Below, in pieces: positions 31,170 to 40,975 of a stretch of DNA of 64,000 bases (position 1 is the first letter of the stretch; each line of letters begins with the position of its first letter). A model generated the notes under the pieces. It made no database searches. It saw only the letters and a program-made list of their open reading frames with translations, and was not told where the DNA came from. This DNA is from Phycisphaerales bacterium (GTDB lineage Bacteria > Planctomycetota > Phycisphaerae > Phycisphaerales > UBA1924): NCBI GenBank assembly GCA_965227775.1, contig OZ245777.1:1760001-1824000 (forward strand), given 5' to 3'. The translations under genes and the position numbers were made by a program.

Positions 31170-32144
31170 TCAGCGAGCTTCTGCCTTCTGCGGTTCGGGG
31201 CGTGCTTCGGACGGGGTTGTCCCGCTGGGCGGTGGCGAACCTTCCAAGAACTGTCGGCGGAACGACTCGGTCGCGGTTGTCATGATCGGCCACGCGGCCA
31301 GCGGCCCTTCGAGCACCGTCGGTGGGCTGTGGGGCGTGCTGTTCACGTCGATCGCGTAGATGCGGCCGCTTGCGTTGTCGCGGAGCACGTCGATCTCGCC
31401 AAGGTCCAAGCCCATCTGGGCAGCGAATTCGATCAACAAGCGCTGCTCTTCGTCGCTGAAGAGCTCGCTCGGTTCGTGCCACGAGGCGTGCTCGTTGGTG
31501 TTAAGGAACCGCTGCCTCGCCGGGCGGTGCTTTCGGAACGAGCCGGTGATCTCTCGGCCGACGATCGTGACGCGAAGGTCGAGCACCGTCGGCTCGCGAA
31601 CTGGACGCCCGTCGATCTGCTCGACGGCGTTGTCGATGACGATCTGGTACACGCTGCCGGGGTCGGCCGAGTCGATCGGGCCCTCGACCACGCGGCCATC
31701 GTGGGCGGCGTTCTCGTCGCTCTTGATCACCATGGGGCCGGCGTGCTCGGTCGGCTCGACCGACATGCCATAGCCGAACACCTGCTGGTGGATGAGTTCG
31801 ACGCGTTGCTTGCTGATGTCCAGGCACCGCCCGTTGATGATGGGCACGCCCTGCGGCAGGCTACCGGGTGCGGGGGCGTCGAGGTGGGTGGTATCGCCAA
31901 AAACGAATCCCAGCCTGGCGTCCGGCGTGGGTTTGTTGACCAGTCGTAGCCCGCTCAGCCGGGCGATCTTCCACGCCAAGTGGGGACGCTGGGGCACGAG
32001 CGGCGAGCAGCACCAGTCTCCGATGTGCTGGGCCCGCTTGGAATGGATGTAGAACCTGCCGTAGAACGCGGTCTTGCGCGGCTCGGTCAGGAACTTGAGC
32101 CACACTGGCTTGTTGGAGACGAACGTTGGCGGCGGTGTGCTCAT
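31170..32144 (-). CDS. Hypothetical protein with probable ATP-grasp-like fold
   Basis: VIKS, YQIVIDN, DLRVTIVG and GEIDVLRD..GRIYAIDVNSTP resemble ATP-grasp core motifs. Confidence 0.6.
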   Translation of the reverse strand: MSTPPPTFVSNKPVWLKFLTEPRKTAFYGRFYIHSKRAQHIGDWCCSPLVPQRPHLAWKIARLSGLRLVNKPTPDARLGFVFGDTTHLDAPAPGSLPQGVPIINGRCLDISKQRVELIHQQVFGYGMSVEPTEHAGPMVIKSDENAAHDGRVVEGPIDSADPGSVYQIVIDNAVEQIDGRPVREPTVLDLRVTIVGREITGSFRKHRPARQRFLNTNEHASWHEPSELFSDEEQRLLIEFAAQMGLDLGEIDVLRDNASGRIYAIDVNSTPHSPPTVLEGPLAAWPIMTTATESFRRQFLEGSPPPSGTTPSEARPEPQKAEAR

Positions 32145-32303
32145 GGCCGATGGTACGAGCGGTATGCGGCCCGGTGACTGCCCTGCCCACCCCCACACAC
32201 CCGACCCGACGCGCACCACCCCGCCGCGGGCAGGGCTAAGAATGCCACCGTTTGGCGGCGGGGTTGCTCGTGCGACCCCTCAGGACACGGGCGGAGGCGA
32301 GCG

Positions 32304-33536
32304 TTGGCGCAAGCAGATCTTCCAAGAGGAACGGCCGTCATCGGCCAGTCGGGCGGGCCGACCGCCGTCATCAATCAATCGCTCGTCGGCGTGGCGCTCG
32401 GCCTGCGTCGCGGCCTGCAGCAGAGCGGGCACGTCACGAAGGTCCTAGGCATGCGCAACGGCGTCCGCGGGCTGACCGAGGGCCGCGTGAGCGACATGAC
32501 CGACCTGGACGAGTCCATGCTCGACCGGGTCGCCCACACGCCCAGCGCCGCGCTCGGCAGCACGCGCGACAAGCCCGACGCGAGCTATTGCGGCCGCATC
32601 TTCGAGAGCTGCCGGAAGGTCGACGCGCGGTACTTCTTTTACATCGGCGGCAATGATTCGAGCGACACCTGCCGCATCGTGAGCGAGGCCGCCAAGGCCG
32701 CCGACTACGACCTGCGGTGCATCCACGTGCCCAAGACGGTGGACAACGACCTCATGGGCAACGACCACACGCCCGGCTATGCCAGCGCCGCGCGGTTCGT
32801 CGCGCTGGCGCACATGGCCGACGGCATGGACAACGCCGCGTTGCCGGGCATCAAGATCAACATCATCATGGGCCGCCACGCCGGCTTCTTGACCGCCGCC
32901 GCCGCCGCCGCCCGGCACGAAGAGCACGCCGGCCCGCATCTCGTATACGTCCCCGAGGTCCCCTTCATCACCGACCGCTTTGTGCAGGACGTGGCGAGCG
33001 TGTACGACCGTCTGGGGCGCTGCCACATCGCCGTCAGCGAGGGCATCCAGGACAAGGACGGCGTGGCCATCGGCGCCCTCTTGATGGGCGAGGAGAAGGA
33101 CGCGCACGGCAACGTCCAGCTCTCGGGCTCGGGCGCGCTGGGCGACCAGCTCTCGGGCTTGCTCAAGGCCAAGCTCACGCCCGAGGGCGGCAAGCCCCCG
33201 CGCGTGCGGGCCGACACGCTTGGCTACCTGCAGCGCTGCTATCCCGATGCCAGCCCCGTGGACGCGCGCGAGGCCCGCATGGTCGGCGTCGCCGCGGCCG
33301 AGCTCGCCGCGCAGGGACACTCAGGCATCTCGATCACCCTTGAGCGCACCAGCCAGATCGGCCCGAACGAGGCCTACCAGTGCCGCACCGGCGTGCAGCG
33401 CCTCGAGGACGTCGCCGCCAAGACGCGGCACATGCCGCCGGAGTACATCGAGGGGCACCACGACGTGAGCGAGACCTTCCTGCAGTACGTGCGGCCGCTG
33501 CTGGGAGACCTGCCCCCGTTTGAGTTGTTGGAGTAA
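32304..33536 (+). CDS. pfp: 6-phosphofructokinase, probably PPi-dependent
   Basis: QSGGPTAVIN, IGGNDS (Asp at the PPi/ATP discriminator), PKTVDND and MGRHAG. Confidence 0.88.
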   Translation: MAQADLPRGTAVIGQSGGPTAVINQSLVGVALGLRRGLQQSGHVTKVLGMRNGVRGLTEGRVSDMTDLDESMLDRVAHTPSAALGSTRDKPDASYCGRIFESCRKVDARYFFYIGGNDSSDTCRIVSEAAKAADYDLRCIHVPKTVDNDLMGNDHTPGYASAARFVALAHMADGMDNAALPGIKINIIMGRHAGFLTAAAAAARHEEHAGPHLVYVPEVPFITDRFVQDVASVYDRLGRCHIAVSEGIQDKDGVAIGALLMGEEKDAHGNVQLSGSGALGDQLSGLLKAKLTPEGGKPPRVRADTLGYLQRCYPDASPVDAREARMVGVAAAELAAQGHSGISITLERTSQIGPNEAYQCRTGVQRLEDVAAKTRHMPPEYIEGHHDVSETFLQYVRPLLGDLPPFELLE

Positions 33537-33614
33537 GACGCGCGGAGCGGTTTGATTACATTCCGTTGACGCTCCAAGCATCGAACGCCCGCCCACTCAC
33601 GGCGTATCGGTGGT

Positions 33615-34085
33615 GTGTCGGCCTTTCTTAAGACTATCAACGCGCGGCAGCGATGCTCGCTCTTGGCTTGGTGCGTGCTGATCGGCACGACCGGCGCTGC
33701 TTTTTGGGTCGTCTACCTCGGGTTTCGGGGCGTGCACGCGCTGGCTATAGACTTTCAGGTCTTCAGCCGTTGGGACACTCGCACCGTCGCGGCCGACAAG
33801 GCGGCGATTGATGGCATCATTTTGCCGGCGATCCAAGCGTACGCCCGGCGTGAGGGGGAGTTGCCCGACAGCCTGGACGAACTCGTCACGGCGGGGGATC
33901 TCGCGTCGATCCCTGACTCCCAAGCCGGAGTGTGGTTCTACAACAGTCTTTCGGAATACTTCAACGTCGGCGTGGGCGACCCGCCGCACGAGTACCCAAG
34001 CGCGTACCGCGTCATCGAATTAGACAGTCCTGGCAACGCCGACCCGGATCTCTGGCGGGTGGGCGACTGGTACCTCGACTTGTGA
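33615..34085 (+). CDS. Hypothetical membrane-anchored protein with a pilin/GspG-like helix
   Basis: One N-terminal TM segment, then AIQAYARREGELPDSLDELV. Confidence 0.55.
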   Translation: MSAFLKTINARQRCSLLAWCVLIGTTGAAFWVVYLGFRGVHALAIDFQVFSRWDTRTVAADKAAIDGIILPAIQAYARREGELPDSLDELVTAGDLASIPDSQAGVWFYNSLSEYFNVGVGDPPHEYPSAYRVIELDSPGNADPDLWRVGDWYLDL

Positions 34086-34118
34086 ACAACGCGCACATGT
34101 GCTGAGACGATTCGTGCG

Positions 34119-34262
34119 TTGCTCCGGCACGATCCGGATCAGCTTCCCATCGCGCTAGTCGGTGAGTATGTAGAGGGCGCCGTTGGGCACCTGCCGCACG
34201 TCGCGGATGTGCGGGCGTCGAAGGCGAGCTGACCATCTTCGACTTCCTCGCCTTCCAGGACG
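34119..34262 (-). pseudogene. Decayed 3' fragment of a PQQ-dependent sugar dehydrogenase gene
   Basis: Translates VLEGEEVEDGQLAFDAR/(2-nt insertion)/IRDVRQVPNGALYILTD*RDGKLIRIVPE. The intact gene at 36037 ends LAFDARIRDVRQGPDGNLYVLTDERNGKLIRIMPE. Confidence 0.8.
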
Positions 34263-34315
34263 CCTCCGACGCCGGCTGCTGAGTTCAGCCTCAGGGCACC
34301 GATAGACTGCCCGCC

Positions 34316-36013
34316 ATGGGATCCTGGTCGGTGCTGCTCGATGTCCTGCTCCTGCTGTCGACCGCGACGGCGCTCGGGATCGTGTGCGCGTGCCTGAAGC
34401 AGAGCCCGATCATCGGCTACCTGGCGGCCGGCACGCTGGTGGGGCCCAACGTGCTGGGGGTCGTCGGCTCGGGCGAGCAGGTCGAGCTGCTGGCCGAACT
34501 GGGCATCGCGCTCTTGCTGTTCACGATCGGCCTGGAATTCTCCTGGCGGCGGCTGGTCGGGCTGGGGCGGGTGGCCATCGGCGGCGGGTTCCTGCAGGTG
34601 GGGGTGACCGTGTCGCTGGTGGCCGGGGCGTGCCTGCTCATGGGCGTGCAGGCGCGAACGGCGTGGGCGCTGGGGGCGATCATCGCCCTGAGCAGCACGG
34701 CCTGCGTGCTGCGGCTGCTTGTCGCCCGGGCCGAGATCGAGTCGAACCACGGGCGGCACGCGCTGGGCATCCTTCTGGTGCAGGACGCGGCGGTCGTGCC
34801 GTTGGTGCTGCTCGTGGCGCTGCTGGGGGGCGAGGGGGCCAGTGTGGGGGGTGGTGCGGGTACTGGCGCGGGCGAGAGCGGGGCCGGGCTGGCCGAGGCC
34901 GGCTGGGCCCTGGCCCGCGTGCTCGGCGGGGCGGCGGTGCTCATTGCGCTCCTGTTCGTGCTGCTGCGGTACGCGATGCCGTGGCTGCTGCGGCTGGAGG
35001 CATTGCGGCACAGCCGCGACCTGCCGATTTTGATCGCGGTGGTGGTAGGGCTTGGCGCGGCGTGGGCGTCGCACGAGTTCGGGCTGTCGCCGGCGCTTGG
35101 CGCGTTCGTCGCGGGCATGCTGCTGGCGGCCTCGCCCTTCGCCACGCAGGTGCGGGCCGACATCGCCTCGCTCCAGACGCTGCTGGTTACGCTGTTCTTC
35201 GGGTCCATCGGCATGCTCGGCGACCCGGCGTGGCTGCTGGGCAACGTGGGGCTGGTACTGGGCGTGGTGACGGCGATCGTGGTGGGCAAGGCGCTGATCG
35301 TGTGGGCGATCCTGCGCCTGCTGGGTCAGGCCCACGAGAGCGCGCTGATGACCGGCCTGTGCCTTGCCCAGGTGGGCGAGTTCTCATTCATCCTCGCGAT
35401 GTCGGCCCATGGCAGCCTGATCGACGACGACACCTTGCGGCTGTTGGTCTCGGCCACGATCATCTCGCTGTTCCTGACGCCCTACTTGGTCTCGACGGCC
35501 CCCTGGCTGGCCCCGCGGATCATCGCGGGCTTGCGCCGCGCCCGGCTGGTTTCGGCGCCGGCCCCGCCGGTGGGCGCGCCCGCGCACGCGGCGGCAGGGC
35601 GCATCGTGGTGGTCGGCTTCGGTCCGGCGGGCCAGGCGGTGGGGCGGATGATGGCCGGCCACGACCGCGAGGTAGTCGTGCTCGACCTCAACGTGAAGGC
35701 GATCAAGGCCGCCCAGGCGATGGGGCTGGTTGGCCACGTGGGCGACGCGACGCACGAGGACGTGCTGCATCACGCGGGCGTGCGGACGGCCGATACGGTG
35801 GTGGTGACCATCCCCGATCCGGCGATGGCCGGGCGGATCGTCCGCCTGGTGCGGGTGGCGGCGCCCGATGCGCACGTCATCGCCCGGGCACGCTACCACC
35901 GCTACGTCCGGGAGATCCGCGAAAGCGGCGCCCACGACCTGGTCGACGAGGAGACACTCACCGGAGAGCGCTTGGCTGCCGGTCTGCGCCACCGGCTTGC
36001 GCGCCCGGACTGA
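34316..36013 (+). CDS. CPA2 cation:proton antiporter with C-terminal TrkA-N/KTN domain (Kef-like)
   Basis: LLFTIGLE, LSST, ILLVQD, LGAFVAG, QVGEFSF and IVVVGFGPAG..GDAT. Confidence 0.92.
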   Translation: MGSWSVLLDVLLLLSTATALGIVCACLKQSPIIGYLAAGTLVGPNVLGVVGSGEQVELLAELGIALLLFTIGLEFSWRRLVGLGRVAIGGGFLQVGVTVSLVAGACLLMGVQARTAWALGAIIALSSTACVLRLLVARAEIESNHGRHALGILLVQDAAVVPLVLLVALLGGEGASVGGGAGTGAGESGAGLAEAGWALARVLGGAAVLIALLFVLLRYAMPWLLRLEALRHSRDLPILIAVVVGLGAAWASHEFGLSPALGAFVAGMLLAASPFATQVRADIASLQTLLVTLFFGSIGMLGDPAWLLGNVGLVLGVVTAIVVGKALIVWAILRLLGQAHESALMTGLCLAQVGEFSFILAMSAHGSLIDDDTLRLLVSATIISLFLTPYLVSTAPWLAPRIIAGLRRARLVSAPAPPVGAPAHAAAGRIVVVGFGPAGQAVGRMMAGHDREVVVLDLNVKAIKAAQAMGLVGHVGDATHEDVLHHAGVRTADTVVVTIPDPAMAGRIVRLVRVAAPDAHVIARARYHRYVREIRESGAHDLVDEETLTGERLAAGLRHRLARPD

Positions 36014-36036
36014 CGCGGCGCCGATGGCCGGGCGAG

Positions 36037-37296
36037 CTACTCCGGCATGATTCGGATCAGCTTTCCGTTTCGCTCGTCGGTGAGCACGTAGAGGTTGCCG
36101 TCCGGCCCTTGCCGCACGTCGCGGATTCGGGCGTCGAAGGCGAGCGTCTCGTTGGCCTCGACCTCTTTGCGATCGAGCATTACGCGGCGGACCTGGCGGC
36201 TGATGAGCCCGCCGGCGAAGAGGTCGCCCTGCCATTGCGGGAACTGGTCGCCCGTGTAGAACGCGAGGCCGCAGGCGGCGAGCACTGGCGTCCAGACGCA
36301 CGCGGGGTCGACCATGCCCTCGAGGCTGACCTCGTCGCTGATCTCGTCGCCGTTGTAGTGGATGCTGTACGTCGCCTTGGGCCAGCCGTAGTTCTTGCCG
36401 GGCTCGATGAGGTTGAGCTCGTCGCCGCCGAGGGCGCCGTGCTCGGTGGCCCACACGTTGCCGGTGGCGGGATCGATGTCCATGCCCTGGATGTTGCGGT
36501 GACCGTAGCTGTAGACGAAGCGGCCCACGTCGTCGCGATCACTGAACGGGTTGTCGTCGGGAGCGGTGCCGTCGTCGTTGAGGCGCAGCACCTTGCCCCA
36601 CGTGTTGTCGAGGAACTGCGGGTTGTCGCGCGCGAGGCGTCCGCCGACGCGGGTGGGCGGGTTGCCGCCGTCGCCGACGGACATGAGCAGCGTGCCGTCT
36701 GGCAGCCAGACGAGCCGGGAGCCAAAATGCTGGCCGCCGGGCTTGTCGGGCGTGACGCGGAAGATCTCTTCGACGTTCTCCAGCCTGGCGGACTTAAAGA
36801 GCTGGGTGCCCGGGGTGTCATCTTCATTGCCGGCTTCGATGACGAGCGTGCCACGTGAGAGCACGGTGCGGTTGGCGCGGCCGTCGCCCGTCGCGTGGGT
36901 GAAGTAGACGAGGTTGTTCGATTCGAAGTCCGGGTGCAGCGAGACGTCCATCATGCCGCCCTGGCCCAGTCGCCTGGTCTGCGGGGCACCCTCGACCTCA
37001 TCGGGCGTGACGACGAACGGGCTGTCTTCGGTGAACTGCGCCGCATCGACGAACACCACGCGACCGCCGCGCTCGGTGATGAGCATCGAGCCGTCGGGCA
37101 GCCACGTCATACCCCAGGGGGATGAGAGTCCCTCGATGACGGTCTCTGTGCGATAGCCGGCGGCCCTGGGGCTGTCTTCCTCGCTGTCCGAATAGATCGG
37201 CGAGGGGCCCGAGGTCGGCAGCTCGGCGCGCTGGCCGCACGCGGGCAGGGTCAGGGCGAATGGGGCGAGTACGGCAAGCGTGGTGATTCGCAGCAT
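36037..37296 (-). CDS. PQQ-dependent sugar dehydrogenase (YliI/Asd family), lipoprotein
   Basis: Lipobox LPAC, PWGMTWLPDG, GQGGMMD, HFGSRL, YGHRNIQG, EHG..GGDELN and NYGWP. Confidence 0.92.
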   Translation of the reverse strand: MLRITTLAVLAPFALTLPACGQRAELPTSGPSPIYSDSEEDSPRAAGYRTETVIEGLSSPWGMTWLPDGSMLITERGGRVVFVDAAQFTEDSPFVVTPDEVEGAPQTRRLGQGGMMDVSLHPDFESNNLVYFTHATGDGRANRTVLSRGTLVIEAGNEDDTPGTQLFKSARLENVEEIFRVTPDKPGGQHFGSRLVWLPDGTLLMSVGDGGNPPTRVGGRLARDNPQFLDNTWGKVLRLNDDGTAPDDNPFSDRDDVGRFVYSYGHRNIQGMDIDPATGNVWATEHGALGGDELNLIEPGKNYGWPKATYSIHYNGDEISDEVSLEGMVDPACVWTPVLAACGLAFYTGDQFPQWQGDLFAGGLISRQVRRVMLDRKEVEANETLAFDARIRDVRQGPDGNLYVLTDERNGKLIRIMPE

Positions 37297-37314
37297 GCGA
37301 GAGGGTACGGGCCC

Positions 37315-38394
37315 TCAGCCACCGAGCGCCTGGCGGAGCCGATCGAGGTTGGCCCGCATGGCGTCCATGTAGTCCCCGGACTCGGGTTGGCCTTCGGCGG
37401 GGGTGAAGAGGACGCTGGTGACGCCCAGCTCGTCGGCGATCGCGGCGCGGATGGCCTCGGTGGGCTCGCCCTCCCAGAGCAGGATCACGGGCTTATCGCC
37501 GTGTGAGTGCTCATGGTCATGGTCGTGATCGCCTTCGCCTTCGTCGTGCGTTTGGCCCTCATCGTGCGAATGGTCGTGATCGCGGCCGTGGTCCTCGCGA
37601 TGCTCATGCTCGTGGTGATGGTCCTCGTGGTGGTGCAGCGCATTGTGTACGGCGTCGACGATCGCCTGCACGTCCTCGCTCTCGGGGTCGAGGTCGAGGT
37701 TGTGCACGTCCCAGCCAAGGTCGCGGGCGAGGTAGTTGTACGCGGGGTGGCTTGCGAGCAGGCGATGCTCGCCCACCAGCGGCGTGAGGTCGCTGAACGA
37801 GACGCCGAGCATCTCGAGGTCTTCGACGAGCGACGCAAGGTTGGTATCGAATGCCTCAGCGTGCTGCGGCCACGCGGTCGTCATGGCCTGGGCAATGTTC
37901 CTTGCCTGCACGATAGCGATGTCTGGGCTGACCCAGGTATGGCCGTCGAGGCCCTCGTGCGTGTGCTCGCCGCCCGGGCCGTGACTGTGCGTGGTGGTCT
38001 CCATCGTGATGGGTCCGCCGGTGGCATCGAGGTCGGCGTCGCTGAGGCTCTCGACAGTACGGGCGCGGGGTAGCGCGGCGCCGGCGACCCACTTCTCGAA
38101 CTCGGCACCGTTGGTGATGACGAGCTTGGCGTTCTGGTACTGGACCATCGCGTCGGCGCCAGGCTTCCAGAAGATCGGGTCCTCATCGGCCGGCAGCGCG
38201 CTTCGCACCGTCACGAGCCCGCCGGCGATGCGCTCGGCAAAGTATGTCGTGGGGTAGAACGTGGTCAGGACCTCATCAACGAGCGCCGCGCTCGATTGCC
38301 CGGAGGTGGTGCCGGACTGTTCCCCGCAGCCGGGGATGGCAGCGCCCGCGATGGCGATGAGTAGCGCGGCGGTCAGCGTGGTGGACGTTCGCAT
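37315..38394 (-). CDS. Metal ABC transporter substrate-binding lipoprotein (ZnuA/TroA family) with His-rich insert
   Basis: Lipobox IPGC, TTFYP, NGAEFE.W, DGHTWVSP, HPAYNYL and a long His/Glu/Asp tract. Confidence 0.85.
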   Translation of the reverse strand: MRTSTTLTAALLIAIAGAAIPGCGEQSGTTSGQSSAALVDEVLTTFYPTTYFAERIAGGLVTVRSALPADEDPIFWKPGADAMVQYQNAKLVITNGAEFEKWVAGAALPRARTVESLSDADLDATGGPITMETTTHSHGPGGEHTHEGLDGHTWVSPDIAIVQARNIAQAMTTAWPQHAEAFDTNLASLVEDLEMLGVSFSDLTPLVGEHRLLASHPAYNYLARDLGWDVHNLDLDPESEDVQAIVDAVHNALHHHEDHHHEHEHREDHGRDHDHSHDEGQTHDEGEGDHDHDHEHSHGDKPVILLWEGEPTEAIRAAIADELGVTSVLFTPAEGQPESGDYMDAMRANLDRLRQALGG

Positions 38395-38441
38395 GGGGAG
38401 GCTCTCCTTCTTCATCTCTTTGCTTCTGCGCGGTTCGTGGA

Positions 38442-39614
38442 TCATACGAACGCCGATGCACGGCTCACCAGCAGGAGGGCTAACCACGCGAGCGAGAGAG
38501 CCAAACCGACACCGAGCGCCACGAGGCCGAGGAGTTCCCCGCCAACAAGCACGGCCGCGGTTGAGCGTGAAGCGCCCATGTCGGCCAGCGTGCGCAGCTC
38601 GTCGGCCCGCAGGCGGTAGCCCAGCACGGCGATAAGGGCAATGAGCGCGGCCGTGCTCGCGGCAAGCACGATGGAGATGGCGTCGAAGACCAGCCGCAGG
38701 CGCACAACGAAGGCGATGAGCTCGTCCACGACCTGGCTCGGCTCGATGGCCTGCAGATCGTCGCGGGCGTTGAGCCGGGCGGTCAGGATCGTCTTCGCGC
38801 GCGCATCTGCGGGATACAGCAGCACGGCGGTGAGCGGGAACTCGTCGCGTGAGCCATGGATGTGGAAGCTGCCTGCGTTCTCGTCGGTGACTTCCTGGTA
38901 GGTGCGGAGGGCCTCGCTGAGTGCGACGCGGTCCTGGTCTCTGGCGATGACGAGGTCCGGGCGATCGATCTCCTGGGCGTCGTCGTGGCCGTGGGCGAAG
39001 CCTTCGAGCAGCCACGCTGTCTCGAGGTCGACGAACAGGGCCTCGTCGTCGCTCGTGCCGGTGGGCTCGAGCACGCCGACAACGTTGAGCTTGAGCGACG
39101 GCGGCTTGGTGATGTCGTACGCCTCGGCGACGTCGCTGAAGATGGACGAGCCGGAGGTGAGACCGTGCCGCGCGGCGACATTCGCGCCCACGACTGCCTC
39201 ACCCAAGCGCGCAAAGAGGCGGCCGTCGGCCAGCGGTATGGCCACCCCCGGGCGTTGAAAATAGCCGATGTCGGTGGCGACGATCGGGTCGCCGGCGGCT
39301 GTGAATCGTGCATGGACGGGGACGGCCGTCGCCAGCGGGTCCTGTGACAGACGGTCGAAGTGATGGTACTGCAGAGGGTCGAGCGGGGCCGGGCGGAAGT
39401 AGAGCGACGCGAGGACGAGATCGAAGCGGCCGCCCTTCGCACCGACGACCAACGGCGCCATGTCCGCACGCTCGCGCTGGGCGCTCTCGAATCGCGCCGC
39501 GAGTGAGCGGCTCAGCAGCGGCACGAGCAACGCGATGGCGACGCAGCCCACCAGCAAGGTCGACCGGCCACGGTGCCGCCACGCGTGCCACCAGATGAGC
39601 GGCAGAAGCTTCAT
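38442..39614 (-). CDS. ABC transporter permease, FtsX/MacB type
   Basis: N-terminal TM, large periplasmic domain (VVGAKG, EAVVGA.VA, VVGVLEPTGT) and three C-terminal TMs with MGAS. Confidence 0.85.
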   Translation of the reverse strand: MKLLPLIWWHAWRHRGRSTLLVGCVAIALLVPLLSRSLAARFESAQRERADMAPLVVGAKGGRFDLVLASLYFRPAPLDPLQYHHFDRLSQDPLATAVPVHARFTAAGDPIVATDIGYFQRPGVAIPLADGRLFARLGEAVVGANVAARHGLTSGSSIFSDVAEAYDITKPPSLKLNVVGVLEPTGTSDDEALFVDLETAWLLEGFAHGHDDAQEIDRPDLVIARDQDRVALSEALRTYQEVTDENAGSFHIHGSRDEFPLTAVLLYPADARAKTILTARLNARDDLQAIEPSQVVDELIAFVVRLRLVFDAISIVLAASTAALIALIAVLGYRLRADELRTLADMGASRSTAAVLVGGELLGLVALGVGLALSLAWLALLLVSRASAFV

Positions 39615-40297
39615 GTGGCAGCGGCCTCGTGGGCGAGCGTTCCCATGTCGAGCACGTGCTCGAATCGTGGCAGCAGCGCGTGGTCATGCGTGACGAGCAT
39701 CACGGTGGCGCCGGTGTGCTCGGCTTGCTCCAGGATCAGATCCATGATCAACGCGGCGCGGGCGGGATCGAGGTTGCCCGTCGGCTCGTCGCAGGCGATC
39801 AGTTTCGGGTTGGTGATGAGCGCCCGGCAGATCGCGACGCGCTGCTGCTCGCCCTGACTAAGGCGATCGGGCCGGCGCTTGAGCGTGTGTGCGATGCCGG
39901 CGCGTTTGGCGAACTCGTGCGCACGTTCGCGGGCATCGGCGTTCAGCGCTACCGAGCCATGCAGGCGGAGCGGCAGCAGGATGTTCTCCAGGGCGGTGCA
40001 ATAGCCAAGGAGCGCGAACCGCTGGAAGACGAAGCCGACCGTAGCGATGCGGATGGCTCGGCGTCGTGTCTCGCTCAGTTGATCGAGGCGATGGCCGTCG
40101 AGTTCGATCGAGCCAGAGGTGGGAGGCAGGATGCCCGTGAGCAGGCGCAGGAGGGTGGTCTTGCCGCAGCCGCTCGGGCCGACGACGGCGGCGTGGCGAC
40201 CGGTGGCGACCGCAAACTCCGGAAGCTCGAAGAGCGGGCCTTCGGACGGATCGAAGGCGTGGCTGAGGTTCGTCGCTCGCAGCAGCAGATTGGGCAC
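39611..40297 (-). CDS. ABC transporter ATP-binding protein (LolD-like)
   Basis: GPSGCGKTT, FVFQRF, LSQGEQQRVAICRAL, DEPTGNLD and VTHD. GTG start inferred. Confidence 0.9.
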   Translation of the reverse strand: MPNLLLRATNLSHAFDPSEGPLFELPEFAVATGRHAAVVGPSGCGKTTLLRLLTGILPPTSGSIELDGHRLDQLSETRRRAIRIATVGFVFQRFALLGYCTALENILLPLRLHGSVALNADARERAHEFAKRAGIAHTLKRRPDRLSQGEQQRVAICRALITNPKLIACDEPTGNLDPARAALIMDLILEQAEHTGATVMLVTHDHALLPRFEHVLDMGTLAHEAAAT

Positions 40298-40393
40298 GGG
40301 TAGTGATAGGCTCTCGTGCGGGTTGGTGGAACCGGCATTGGTGCTGGGCGAACGGGAGGGAAGATCGGGGTGCTTGTTCGTGGGAGATGGGTG

Positions 40394-40975
40394 ATGCGGA
40401 TGCAGGCGTGCGGGTTGGCGGTTGTTCTTGGAGCAACGCCGCTGATGGCCCAGTCCGAGGTGTTCTTCGAGATCGATGACGATGTGCTGGGCCCGGGGCA
40501 GAGCACCACGGTCCGGCTCTGGGTGGCCTTTCCGCCGGCGGACCACTCGCTGGCCGGCATCTTGACCGATGTTCGCAGCAGTGTCGGCTCGGAGGGCTTC
40601 AGCGAACTCAGCCTGATTGCGCCGCTCGATGGGCCTGGTACGTCTTCGGGCACACCCACAACGACGGGCATCGACGAGATTGTCGCCGGTCAGCTGATGT
40701 TCCCGATCTGCGGCATCGGCGGCTGCCCGATGAGTGTGAATCCGATCGCGTTTTGGGAAGCGACGTACACCGCGCCCATCGATGCGACGCCGATGCTTGT
40801 CGAGCTCACGACAATCACTTCCCGGCTGGAGGTCTATCCCGAGTTGCATAACCCGCGGACCGAGTCGAGGCTGGACGGACTAATCGAGGGCGAGGCGACG
40901 ATTCGCGTCGTGCCGGCGCCGGCGAGCATGCTCGTAGTCGGACTGGCTGCGATGCTGGTCGGTCGGCGTCGCTAG
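40394..40975 (+). CDS. Third, diverged PEP-CTERM-like (VPAP) paralog
   Basis: Shares LGPG.ST.V.L, SSVGS.G, LIAP.DGPGT, AGQL.FP, NPIAFW.ATYTAP, ESRL and VVPAPAS..RRR with the 13.6-15.2 kb pair. Confidence 0.85.
   Translation: MRMQACGLAVVLGATPLMAQSEVFFEIDDDVLGPGQSTTVRLWVAFPPADHSLAGILTDVRSSVGSEGFSELSLIAPLDGPGTSSGTPTTTGIDEIVAGQLMFPICGIGGCPMSVNPIAFWEATYTAPIDATPMLVELTTITSRLEVYPELHNPRTESRLDGLIEGEATIRVVPAPASMLVVGLAAMLVGRRR

Noticed and set aside
37490..37640. Short-period repeats that might be a CRISPR array or VNTR
   Set aside because: They are the His/Asp/Glu codons of the metal-binding protein, with no repeat-spacer structure.
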